Positions 8,064 to 16,801 of a stretch of DNA of 64,000 nt are shown here, one piece after another; within the stretch, counting starts at the first letter, position 1; each line of letters opens with the position of its first letter. Source of the DNA: Pseudomonadota bacterium (GTDB lineage: Bacteria > Pseudomonadota > Gammaproteobacteria > Steroidobacterales > Steroidobacteraceae). Location: contig JBDTPN010000007.1 in assembly GCA_039932715.1 (NCBI GenBank), positions 19,503 to 83,502 of the forward strand. The letters are read 5' to 3'. A program made the translations under genes and the position numbers. The notes beneath the pieces were generated by a model. That model was given only the letters and a program-made list of their open reading frames with translations, did not search any database and had not been told where the DNA came from.

Positions 8064-10034
8064 TTATCCGGCCTGCGCCAATTTTGCTGACAGGTGTTTG
8101 GCCAGATCCGCCACGGTGGGGTGATCGAACAGCTCGGTGAGATCAATGTGCCCCGGGTATTCACGATCCACCTGCTCATGAATCTCGATGAGCTTGAGCG
8201 AGCTGGCACCGATCTCGAACAGGTTGTCGCTGGGCCCGATCTGCCTGGCCGCCAGCACGCCGTTGCAGATGCGCAGCAACCGCGATTCGATGGAATCCGC
8301 CGCGACACTTGCACCCGGCTGCAGGCCGCCGCTGTGCTTCGAGACTTCGGCAAGATCCTCTGCGAACTCACCGTCGAGAAAGTTCTGCTCTAGCAGATGA
8401 CGCTGGATCTTGCCGCTGGTGGTCTTGGGGATGCGCTTCACTGGCACCACCTGCGCGACTTCGAGGCCTGCCTGCTCGTTGACCAGGCGCGTGATCTGCG
8501 CTGCCAGCGCGGGGAATTGCGCCAGGTCACCGCGATAGAGCGCGAACACGGTCAACTGGTCGGTTTCGGCGCCTGGCGGGCGTACGCCGGCCACTACTAT
8601 CTTGCCCAGCTCCATACCGTCGGCGCGTTGCGCGATGGCTTCAAGATCGTGCGGGTAGTAGTTCTGGCCGTTGACGAAGAGGATCTCCTTGGCGCGACCG
8701 GTGATGTAGGTTTCGCCATCGAGCATCAATCCAAGGTCGCCGGTCTTGAGCCAGCCGTCAGCGGTAAATGTCTCGGCATTGGCCGCGGGTTCTTCGAAAT
8801 AGCCAGCTGTGACGTTGTCGCCGCGAATGTGGATGTGTCCCACATGGCCATCGGCCAGCGGCGCGTCGTCGTTATCGGTGATGCGCAGTTCGCACAGTGG
8901 GATGGCCTTGCCCACGCTGACCAGGCCCAGTGCATCGCGGCCTGCGTCAGGTAGCACCTCGGCGCGGTCGCCGATCCCGACCTTGTGCCGGTTGAGCTGG
9001 ATGATGCGCAGCGGTCGCCCCACAGGCGGAAAGCTCACAGCCAGCGAGGCTTCGGCCAGTCCATAGACCGGATACATGGCATTGCGCCTGAGACCCAGTC
9101 CGTTGAGCCGCGCCAGGAATTCCTCGCAAAGCTCCACGGAGATGGGCTCGGCCCCGTTGAAGATCAGCCGCACGCTTGAGAGGTCGAGATTGCCCGGCGA
9201 ACGATCTCCCAGCACCTTGAGGAAATGCCGGTAGCCGAAATTGGGTGAGCACAGGATGGTCGCGCGCTGCTGCGCGGCGATCTGCAGCCACAGCAAGGGA
9301 CGTCGCACGAACAGCTCGGTGGGCATCAGGTTCATGTGCACGCGATTGGCGAACATGATCAGGTGAAAGCCGATAAGACCCATGTCATGCGTCAATGGCA
9401 TCCACGACAGGCTCACGTCGTTTTCGTTGAAGCCGCCCACCTGCGTGGAGCCGATCCAGTTGGCTATCAGGTTGGCGTGCGTGAGCACCACGCCCTTGGG
9501 GTCGCTGGTAGATCCGGAAGAAAACTGGATGAACGCGGTGTCTTGCGGTTGCGCCGGGTGAGGCACGCCCTCGCGGCTGATGTCCTTGAGGTCATCGACC
9601 AGGAAGGCGCGCTGGCGCAGTGTCGCGAACGTCGCCGCTTCGTCAGCCTCTGCTGACTGCGTGGCGAACTGGCCCACGCGATCCAGCGTCTTGCGATCGC
9701 TGTATATGAAAGGTTTGCCCAGCTTGCGCGCGATACGCAGCAACTTGTGCCGGTGTTCGTCGCTGATGCCGATGGCTACCGGCACCGGCACGATGCCACC
9801 CAGCACTGCGCCCCAGAAGGCATCAATGAACTGCTCGTTGTTATTGAGCAGCAGGATCATGCGGTCCCCGGGCCTGGCACCCAGTTGCTGCAGATGATGC
9901 AGGATGCCCAGTGCCCGATCATGCATCTGGCCGTAGGTCACGCGACGCGATTCGTTTTCGCCACTGTGGTAGACGATGGCGCGATCCGCGCTGCGGTGCT
10001 GCGCCATCAGTTCATTGAGCGTGCGGGCTTGCAT
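8064..10034 (-). CDS. Fatty-acyl-AMP ligase (FAAL) fused to a C-terminal acyl/peptidyl carrier domain
   Basis: Adenylation motifs FSSGSTSDPKGVVLTH, YGLAE, GDLG and KIQR. C-terminal ~80 aa carry the carrier-protein signature LFEIGASSLKLIEI (phosphopantetheine Ser). The ATG at 10034 is 2 nt after the P450 stop. Confidence 0.85.
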   Translation of the reverse strand: MQARTLNELMAQHRSADRAIVYHSGENESRRVTYGQMHDRALGILHHLQQLGARPGDRMILLLNNNEQFIDAFWGAVLGGIVPVPVAIGISDEHRHKLLRIARKLGKPFIYSDRKTLDRVGQFATQSAEADEAATFATLRQRAFLVDDLKDISREGVPHPAQPQDTAFIQFSSGSTSDPKGVVLTHANLIANWIGSTQVGGFNENDVSLSWMPLTHDMGLIGFHLIMFANRVHMNLMPTELFVRRPLLWLQIAAQQRATILCSPNFGYRHFLKVLGDRSPGNLDLSSVRLIFNGAEPISVELCEEFLARLNGLGLRRNAMYPVYGLAEASLAVSFPPVGRPLRIIQLNRHKVGIGDRAEVLPDAGRDALGLVSVGKAIPLCELRITDNDDAPLADGHVGHIHIRGDNVTAGYFEEPAANAETFTADGWLKTGDLGLMLDGETYITGRAKEILFVNGQNYYPHDLEAIAQRADGMELGKIVVAGVRPPGAETDQLTVFALYRGDLAQFPALAAQITRLVNEQAGLEVAQVVPVKRIPKTTSGKIQRHLLEQNFLDGEFAEDLAEVSKHSGGLQPGASVAADSIESRLLRICNGVLAARQIGPSDNLFEIGASSLKLIEIHEQVDREYPGHIDLTELFDHPTVADLAKHLSAKLAQAG

Positions 10035-10036
10035 GG

Positions 10037-11371
10037 CTATTGACTACCGGTGCGGGATTCGAGCCGCATGATAAACGGTCTGGTGGCCCGCAGATTGATC
10101 AACGCCTCGAAGTGCACCGGTTCCTGGTCGACGCGGCGCAGCCGGAAGCGGCGTGCAAAGCGGTTGAGGTGCACCAGCATCTCGAAGATCGCCAGGGTCT
10201 CGCCGATGCAGTGATGTGCGCCGGCGGAAAACGGCAGATAGGTCAGTTTCGGACGCGCTTCGTCATCCTTCACGAACCGGTCCGGGTTGAACGCTTCCGG
10301 GTCGGTCCAGAAATCCGGGTGCCGGTGCACGAAGTAGGGGCTGAAGAACACGTCGGTGCCCGGTGGTACGATGTAGCCGCCCAGTGTGTCCGCCTCGATG
10401 GTCTTGCGCGAGATCACCCACACGGGCGGATACAGGCGCATGGCTTCGCGGATCACCTTGTTGGAATAGGGCAGTGCCTCCATCTCCTGCAGTGTCGGCA
10501 CTGCAACCTCCGCCGCTGCATCGATCTCGGCGTGCAGCTTGGCTTCCACATCCGCATGCTCGCCCAGCAGGTGCCAGGTCCAGGCCAGCGCACTGGCCGT
10601 TGTTTCATGGCCGGCCACGATCAGCGTGGTGATTTCGTCGACGATTTCCTTGTCGGTCATGCCAGCGCCGGTTTCCTTGTCACGCGCATTGAGCAGCATG
10701 GAAACGTAATCAGGGCTGTCGCCGGCAGACAGGGCACCTTCGGGCCCGCTGCCGGCCGCGCGCCGTCGCGCTACACACACCGCGATCATTGCCGCCAGTT
10801 TGCGAAAGCGGTAGGCAAAACGTAGGTCGCGCGCGGATTCCTGCGTCAACACTGCGAATGGATTTTCGCCTGCTTCCCTGGCCATGACATCCATGTCATC
10901 ACCGAAGATGGCGCGCAGGACAATCTCCAGCGTCATCTCGCTCATGTCGTCGGTGACATTGACCGGTTCGCCGCGGGCGCACTTGTCCTGCCAGGCTGCC
11001 AGCAACCGATCGTTGGCCTGCGCGATGCTGCGGTCGAACTGCGCCAGGATGCGGCGATGAAAGGTCGGTTGCATCATGCGCCGCTGGCGCTTCCAGAATT
11101 CACCCTCGCTGACTATGATCCCATTGCCCAGCAGGATCTTGATCCGGTCGAAACCCACACCCTTGGCGTAGTTGCGGTGGTTGCTGATCAGGATGCGCCG
11201 CACATCGTCGGGGTGGTTGAATACCCAGGTGTGCGATTGCCGGCCCGGGGCATAGACGCGATAGGCGTCGCCGTGCCGGGCGTATATCTCCCGCATGCGG
11301 TCCAGCGAGTCAGGCGTGGAGCCGATGTCGAAGCGTTGCTCGGATTCTGGGGGAAGGGGAGTCTCGGTCAT
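10037..11371 (-). CDS. Cytochrome P450
   Basis: Cys-haem ligand loop FSAGAHHCIGETLA, I-helix AGHETT and the EALRL/ExxR region. Start taken at ATG 11371. Alternatives are TTG 11398 or ATG 11296. Confidence 0.85.
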   Translation of the reverse strand: MTETPLPPESEQRFDIGSTPDSLDRMREIYARHGDAYRVYAPGRQSHTWVFNHPDDVRRILISNHRNYAKGVGFDRIKILLGNGIIVSEGEFWKRQRRMMQPTFHRRILAQFDRSIAQANDRLLAAWQDKCARGEPVNVTDDMSEMTLEIVLRAIFGDDMDVMAREAGENPFAVLTQESARDLRFAYRFRKLAAMIAVCVARRRAAGSGPEGALSAGDSPDYVSMLLNARDKETGAGMTDKEIVDEITTLIVAGHETTASALAWTWHLLGEHADVEAKLHAEIDAAAEVAVPTLQEMEALPYSNKVIREAMRLYPPVWVISRKTIEADTLGGYIVPPGTDVFFSPYFVHRHPDFWTDPEAFNPDRFVKDDEARPKLTYLPFSAGAHHCIGETLAIFEMLVHLNRFARRFRLRRVDQEPVHFEALINLRATRPFIMRLESRTGSQ

Positions 11372-12095
11372 GGATCCGGAAATGGTAGCGCAACCCAAGG
11401 TGTCACGGCGCCGGCTGACTCCAATGCGCCGCTTGATCTATCGCCTTGCCGCGCCAGCAGGCCTTGCGGTGCTGCGCAGCTGGTGGCGCAGCTGCCGCAT
11501 CGTCAGTGTGGTGGGAGCGGAGCACCTGGACGCAGCGCTGGCGCAGTGGCCCTCACTGCTGCCCTGCTATTGGCACCAGCATGAACTGTTCTGCGCGCGC
11601 TACCTGCTGTTGCAGATGCCGCGCGGATTGAAGCTGGGTTTTCTGGTCAGCCCTTCGGTGGACGGTGAAGTGCCGGCCATGATCGCAACACGACTGGGCG
11701 CCAGGGTGATCCGCGGATCTTCCACACATACTGGCGCACGGGCGCTGCGCGATTATTACCAGCTGCTGGTCAAGGACCAGGTTTCGCCTGTGATAACGCC
11801 GGATGGTCCTTCGGGGCCGCGGTTCAGGTTCAAGCCGGGGGCCATCATGCTGGCCCAGATCTCTGGCAGACCCATGTTGCCCATGGCGTACGCGGCTTCG
11901 AGCGCGTGGCTGGTGGCCTGGGACAAATTCGTCATCCCGCGGCCCTTTTCCCGGATTGCGATTGCCATCGGCCAGCCGGTGAGTGTGACGCGGGATTTCC
12001 CCATCAGCGATGAGGCGGCGCTGCAGGCGTTGCAGGCCCAAATGGAGCGGGCGCTGCACGAGCAGTTCCAGCGGGCAAAGGCAGCGTTGGGGTGA
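11370..12095 (+). CDS. DUF374-family protein (lysophospholipid-acyltransferase-like fold)
   Basis: ATG 11370 is preceded by AAGGGGAG with an 8-nt spacer. Sequence SPSVDGE...RGSSTHTGARAL...ITPDGPSGPRFRFKPGAIMLAQISGRPMLP matches DUF374 as I remember it. Confidence 0.7.
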   Translation: MDPEMVAQPKVSRRRLTPMRRLIYRLAAPAGLAVLRSWWRSCRIVSVVGAEHLDAALAQWPSLLPCYWHQHELFCARYLLLQMPRGLKLGFLVSPSVDGEVPAMIATRLGARVIRGSSTHTGARALRDYYQLLVKDQVSPVITPDGPSGPRFRFKPGAIMLAQISGRPMLPMAYAASSAWLVAWDKFVIPRPFSRIAIAIGQPVSVTRDFPISDEAALQALQAQMERALHEQFQRAKAALG

Positions 12096-12252
12096 ATTTC
12101 TCCATATTTGCTAGATAGTTGGCTGCTATTCTTTACATATCATGCAAGAATCGTCATTGACAGAATCCGCTAACAAACTGTGGCGGTGTTCGTAGCGCAG
12201 TTAAGTGACGCAAGCTCAGACTTGGGACCCGAACAGGGGAAATCATCGGTAA
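12096..12252 (+). promoter_or_regulatory. AT-rich intergenic region, probable promoter/leader of the GAF-PAS-GGDEF-EAL gene
   Basis: This is the only long (157 nt), visibly AT-rich non-coding stretch in the window. It contains TTGACA (12157-12162) and TATCAT (12138-12143), but no properly spaced -35/-10 pair that I can defend. Confidence 0.25.
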
Positions 12253-14922
12253 ATGTCGTCGACCCGTCCCATCAACCAGGTGGACCACACCGCTTCAGAC
12301 GTACTGGCTGTTCACAGCTGGACGGGATCAGCGGGCGGGTTGAATGTTGCCTGCACCAAGGCCGCGGTCGACCTGCAGAACATCACGCCCAAGAACCGCC
12401 TGTCATGCATCGAAGCCAGCCTCGCAACCCTGCGTGAAGTGTCGGGTGCCGATGCCGCATTTCTGGCCATGCTCGACGCACCCGGTCTGGCGTTTGATGA
12501 GATCACCATGGCGCAACTTTCCGGGGTGTCCTGCAGACCCGAGGCCCTGAGTGGGATTGCGTTGGCCGACCTGCCATTCCTGGCATCGCGCTTCGAACAT
12601 CTGCGGCTCACCGAATATCGCGATACCGCCGCGCCGCGCCGCGAACTGCCCGCAGAGGCGCAGCGCCTGGCGCAACTGGGTATCGCCTCGGCGCTGTTGC
12701 TGGCATTTCATATCGAGAGTCGTCCGGCTGGCATCGTGGTGATATTGCGCTCTGTGGTGCGCGGTCCCTGGGATGTCAACGTGCAGTTGTTGCTCAAGCT
12801 CATCGGCACCAGCATGGCCAGCGGACTGGAGCGCCTGTCGATCTGCGCGCGCCTTGCGGAAATCGAGGAGCGCGATGCGCTGGCCGATGCGGCCGCCAAT
12901 GATGGATTGTGGGATTTCAATTTCGACACCAATGAGCTTTACCTCTCGCCGCGCTGGAAGGCGATGCTGGGCTATGAGGACACCGGCCCCACCGGCGTAA
13001 TCGACTGGCGCGGCCTGGTGCATCCCGACGACCTGTCGCGCGTGCAGGACTCCATCCAGAAGCATGTTTCCGGCGCCGCGCCGCTGTTCGACAGCGTGCA
13101 CCGCATGCGCCACTGCAATGGCGAATACCGCTGGGTGATCAGCCGCGCCAAGGGCAAGATCGACAAGCAGGGGCGGTTGCAGCGGCTGGTGGGTGTTGAG
13201 CTCGACATCACCGAGCGCAAGCTGTACGAGGAAGCGCTGTTCAGGGAAAAGGAAAGCGCGCAGATCACGCTGCAGTCCATCGGTGATGGCGTCATCACCA
13301 CCGACGCCGATTCGATCATCGATTACATCAACCCGGTGGCGGAAACGCTGTCGGGCTGGCGCCTCGAAGACGCCATGGGGCGTAACGTGGACGAAGTGTT
13401 CCGCGCCTTCCACGAGGAGACCTGCGAACCGCTGGAAAATCCGCTGACCGGTTCGATTCGCCGTGAACGCCCCATCAAGGCATCGCGACCCATGCTGATG
13501 ATCCGTCGCGACGGCAACGAGCTGTACGTGGAAAGTACGGCGGCACCGATACGTGACGGTCACGGGAACATTTGCGGAGCGGTGCTGGTGTTCCATGACG
13601 TCAGCGAAAGCCGGGAGCTCAATCGCAAACTGTCCTATCACGCCAGCCATGATCTGCTGACGGGGCTGGTCAATCGACGCGAATTCGAGGGTCGCGTCGA
13701 GCGTTGCCAGCAAAGTGCCAAGGCCAAGGAAGGTTCCTACGCGCTGTGCCACCTCGACATTGACCAGTTCAAGATGATCAACGATTCGTGCGGTCACACG
13801 GCGGGCGATGCACTGCTGGGACAGATTGGCGCGTTGCTCAAGTCCAAGGTGCGCTGGCGCGACACCCTGTCGCGCATCGGTGGCGACGAATTCGGCATCC
13901 TGCTGGAAAACTGCACGCTGGAAGAAGCGCTGCGTACGGCCGAGGTGCTGCGTGAGGCGGTGCGTAATTTCCGGTTTGTCTGGGAAGAACGGGTGTTCAA
14001 GCTGGGCGCCAGCATCGGCGTAGTGCCGATCACCGCCGACAACGAGGATGTGGCGTCCATACTCTCGGCGGCAGAGGGCGCTTGCGCGGCAGCCAAGGAG
14101 CAGGGGCGCAACCGCGTGCACAGCTTCGCCGAAAACGACATTGAACTGATGCGACGGCGCCGCGAAACGCAGTGGGCCGCGCGCATCAGCGCCGCGCTGG
14201 ACGAAGGCCGGTTCGAGCTTTACCGCATGCCCATCATGCCGCTGCAGGGTCAGATCGAGGGCGAGCACTACGAGATCCTGCTGCGCATGCGCGATGAGGC
14301 GGGCAAGATCGTGACGCCGGACCATTTCATTTCCGCTGCCGAGCGCTACAACATCACCCCCAACATCGATCGCTGGGTAATCGAAAACACGCTGCGTTGG
14401 CTGGTATCGGAAGCCGATGAGCGTGAACGCCTGACACTGTGCGCGATCAACCTCTCGGGGCAGAGCCTCGGCGACGACAAGTTCCTGCCCTTTGTGATCG
14501 AGCAGTTCCAGAAGAGCGGGCTGGACCCGCGCAAGATCTGCTTTGAAATCACGGAGACCTCGGCCATTGCCAGCTTCTCCCAGGCCAATCGCTTCATCAA
14601 TTCGCTCAAGGACCTGGGCTGCCGGTTCGCGCTCGACGATTTCGGCACCGGCCTGTCGTCGTTCGGATATCTCAAGCATTTCCCGGTGGATTTCCTCAAA
14701 ATTGACGGCAGCTTCGTGCGCGGCATCCTGACCGATCCCATAGACCGTGAAATGGTGCGCTCCATCAACGAAATCGGCCACCTGACCGGCAAGCTGGTGA
14801 TCGCCGAGTTTGCGGAGAACGAGGAGATCATTCAGGCCCTGCGCGGGCTGGGCGTGGATTACGCACAGGGTTATGGCATCGCGCAGCCCAGTCGCCTCAG
14901 CAAGAATCCTTCGCCTGTCTAA
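12253..14922 (+). CDS. GAF-PAS-PAS-GGDEF-EAL cyclic-di-GMP signalling protein
   Basis: Two PAS cores (NDGLWDFNFDTNELYLSPRW..., IGDGVITTDADSIIDYINP...). GGDEF domain with RIGGDEFGILL. EAL domain with EILLRMRD, DDFGTG and QGYGI. Confidence 0.9.
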   Translation: MSSTRPINQVDHTASDVLAVHSWTGSAGGLNVACTKAAVDLQNITPKNRLSCIEASLATLREVSGADAAFLAMLDAPGLAFDEITMAQLSGVSCRPEALSGIALADLPFLASRFEHLRLTEYRDTAAPRRELPAEAQRLAQLGIASALLLAFHIESRPAGIVVILRSVVRGPWDVNVQLLLKLIGTSMASGLERLSICARLAEIEERDALADAAANDGLWDFNFDTNELYLSPRWKAMLGYEDTGPTGVIDWRGLVHPDDLSRVQDSIQKHVSGAAPLFDSVHRMRHCNGEYRWVISRAKGKIDKQGRLQRLVGVELDITERKLYEEALFREKESAQITLQSIGDGVITTDADSIIDYINPVAETLSGWRLEDAMGRNVDEVFRAFHEETCEPLENPLTGSIRRERPIKASRPMLMIRRDGNELYVESTAAPIRDGHGNICGAVLVFHDVSESRELNRKLSYHASHDLLTGLVNRREFEGRVERCQQSAKAKEGSYALCHLDIDQFKMINDSCGHTAGDALLGQIGALLKSKVRWRDTLSRIGGDEFGILLENCTLEEALRTAEVLREAVRNFRFVWEERVFKLGASIGVVPITADNEDVASILSAAEGACAAAKEQGRNRVHSFAENDIELMRRRRETQWAARISAALDEGRFELYRMPIMPLQGQIEGEHYEILLRMRDEAGKIVTPDHFISAAERYNITPNIDRWVIENTLRWLVSEADERERLTLCAINLSGQSLGDDKFLPFVIEQFQKSGLDPRKICFEITETSAIASFSQANRFINSLKDLGCRFALDDFGTGLSSFGYLKHFPVDFLKIDGSFVRGILTDPIDREMVRSINEIGHLTGKLVIAEFAENEEIIQALRGLGVDYAQGYGIAQPSRLSKNPSPV

Positions 14923-15767
14923 GGGTCTGGCGCGAACCGCAGCGACAGGTCGATGGCGTTCACATGCTTGGTGAGCGCACCCACCGAGATGAAGTCGATG
15001 CCGCTGGCGGCGACCGCGCGAATGTTGCCAATGTCGATACCGCCAGACGCCTCGATACGCGTGGCGCTTTTTGCGGCATTGCGTTCGGCCACGGCGGTGC
15101 GCATGTCCGCTGCAGTGAATTCATCCAGCAGGATTACGTCGGGCTGCACGACCAGCGCCTCGCGGAATTCCTGGAGCGTTTCTACTTCGATTTCCACCGG
15201 CACCCCTGACGCTGACTCGCGCGCCCGGCGAATTGCCGCGCTGATCGATCCGGCGGCGATTATGTGGTTTTCCTTGACCAGCACCATGTCGTGCAGCCCC
15301 ATGCGATGGTTGCGGCCACCACCGCAGCGCACCGCGTATTTTTGCGCCAGTCGCAGGCCGGGAATGGTCTTGCGTGTGTCGAGGATCTGGCATCCGGTGC
15401 CGGAAACTGCAGTGACATAGCGGCGGGTCTCGGTGGCCGTGCCGGATAGTGTCTGCAGGAAATTGAGCGCGCATCGCTCGCCGGTCAGGATGGCGCGTGC
15501 CGGGCCACGGATTTCGCAGATCGTGGAATTGGCAAGGATCATGTCGCCGTCGGACGCGCGCCAGTCAATGGCCACGTCAGTGTCTAGTTGGCGAAAGGTC
15601 TCGCGCATCCATGCCGAACCGCACAGGATCATCTCCTGTCTGGTGACCAGCGTAGCCCTTACCCGCGCCGAGGCGGGAATCAGCGCTGCAGTAACGTCAC
15701 CCGGGCCGACGTCCTCCGCCAAGGCCTGGGCCACCTGTTCTGCAATATCCGGTGGTGCGAAACTCAG
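14919..15767 (-). CDS. nadC: Nicotinate-nucleotide diphosphorylase (carboxylating), quinolinate phosphoribosyltransferase
   Basis: Collinear with E. coli NadC (ALAEDVGPGDVT, LTGERCALNFLQTLSG, DTRKTIPGLR, GGGRNHRMGL, VGALTKHV). The conserved N-terminus begins where only a CTG (15767-15765, overlapping the upstream TGA) is available. The nearest canonical start is GTG 15734. Confidence 0.85.
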   Translation of the reverse strand: MSFAPPDIAEQVAQALAEDVGPGDVTAALIPASARVRATLVTRQEMILCGSAWMRETFRQLDTDVAIDWRASDGDMILANSTICEIRGPARAILTGERCALNFLQTLSGTATETRRYVTAVSGTGCQILDTRKTIPGLRLAQKYAVRCGGGRNHRMGLHDMVLVKENHIIAAGSISAAIRRARESASGVPVEIEVETLQEFREALVVQPDVILLDEFTAADMRTAVAERNAAKSATRIEASGGIDIGNIRAVAASGIDFISVGALTKHVNAIDLSLRFAPDP

Positions 15768-16366
15768 AACGCGAAGCCAAAGGTTGCCCCGTGCCCTGCC
15801 GCCGCCATGCAGGCCAGCAGCGGAATCGAAAGCACGAAGTTGGTTCGCGAGGCCATGGCTGCAACCTTGCGCGCCTTGGCCTTCTCTGCGTCGGTTGCCG
15901 GGACGATACCCAGTATTTTTTTCTGGTTGGGCCAGATCAGCACCCAGACGTTGAACAGCATGATGGTTCCCAGCCAGGCGCCGATACCGATAGTGAGGCC
16001 GTAGGCGTCCTGCCCGAAGTTGCCAAACGTAAAGGCACTGGTGAAGTTCTTGCCGAGGTACCATGCGCCGGTCAGCCAAGTGGCCAGTGCCGACCAGCGA
16101 AACCACAGCAGTGCGCGCGGCGCGATGTACTTGCTGACCCCGGCGCCGCCTGGGCCACCCTTGTCTGCAGCGGCGACCGCCAGGCCTGGAGTCTGGACGA
16201 CGTTGAAGTAGTAAAGCAGGCCAATCCACATGACGCCGGAGAGGATATGCAGCCAGCGCGCGAGGCCTAGGGCATTGAAATGCACGGGGCCGACCCCCAG
16301 AAACAGCAACAGTGCCAGCACCACGCCTGTTGCGACCGAACCTTTTACGGTGTTCAGTGGATTCAT
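15764..16366 (-). CDS. Conserved integral membrane protein, function unknown
   Basis: ATG 16366 is preceded by GGGGAG with an 8-nt spacer. About five hydrophobic helices. The WLHILSGVMWIGLLYYFNVVQ segment faintly resembles the membrane domain of PuuD-type proteins (unverified). Confidence 0.7.
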   Translation of the reverse strand: MNPLNTVKGSVATGVVLALLLFLGVGPVHFNALGLARWLHILSGVMWIGLLYYFNVVQTPGLAVAAADKGGPGGAGVSKYIAPRALLWFRWSALATWLTGAWYLGKNFTSAFTFGNFGQDAYGLTIGIGAWLGTIMLFNVWVLIWPNQKKILGIVPATDAEKAKARKVAAMASRTNFVLSIPLLACMAAAGHGATFGFAF

Positions 16367-16450
16367 GTCAGAGTCTCCCCATTGATGTTCCTTGAAGAAT
16401 AGGCCAGCAGATTTCATAATTCAAATCCGTAACTTACAGGCACAGATTCA

Positions 16451-16801
16451 ATGAAAAGATCCACTCTACCGACCATTGCGCTGCTGCTTGCATGCGGCAC
16501 ACTGGTTTCCGGATGTGCCGCCGCCGTGGTGGGTGGTGCAGCGGTAGGTGGTTACTACCTCGGCAAGGACGACCGTTCCGCGGATGTAATCGCCAAGGAC
16601 GCAGCGATAACCGGCGAAGTTAAATCCAAGCTGATCGGCGAGCCGGGCATCCGTTCGGGCCAGATCAATGTGGACACCTATGAAGGCATTGTGACGCTCA
16701 AGGGTGAAGTTGCCAGTTCAGAACAAGGCGCCACGGCCGAAAACCTCGCGCGCAGTGTCAAGGGTGTCAAGGCTGTGAAGACGGAGTTGAAAGTAAAATG
16801 A
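16451..16801 (+). CDS. BON-domain lipoprotein (OsmY-like)
   Basis: Signal peptide with lipobox LVSGC. A single BON domain (INVDTYEGIVTLKGEVASSEQ...VKGVKAVKTELKV). Confidence 0.8.
   Translation: MKRSTLPTIALLLACGTLVSGCAAAVVGGAAVGGYYLGKDDRSADVIAKDAAITGEVKSKLIGEPGIRSGQINVDTYEGIVTLKGEVASSEQGATAENLARSVKGVKAVKTELKVK

Noticed and set aside
12403-14781. 792-aa ORF antisense to the GAF-PAS-GGDEF-EAL gene
   Set aside because: Its translation is Arg/Ala/His-rich with no recognisable motifs, while the opposite strand encodes clear PAS, GGDEF and EAL domains. Long stop-free antisense frames are expected in GC-rich DNA.
14919-16229. Full 436-aa ORF as a long NadC
   Set aside because: The first ~150 residues are Arg-rich nonsense overlapping the well-supported membrane-protein gene (15764-16366) in another frame. 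NadC homology begins around residue 155.
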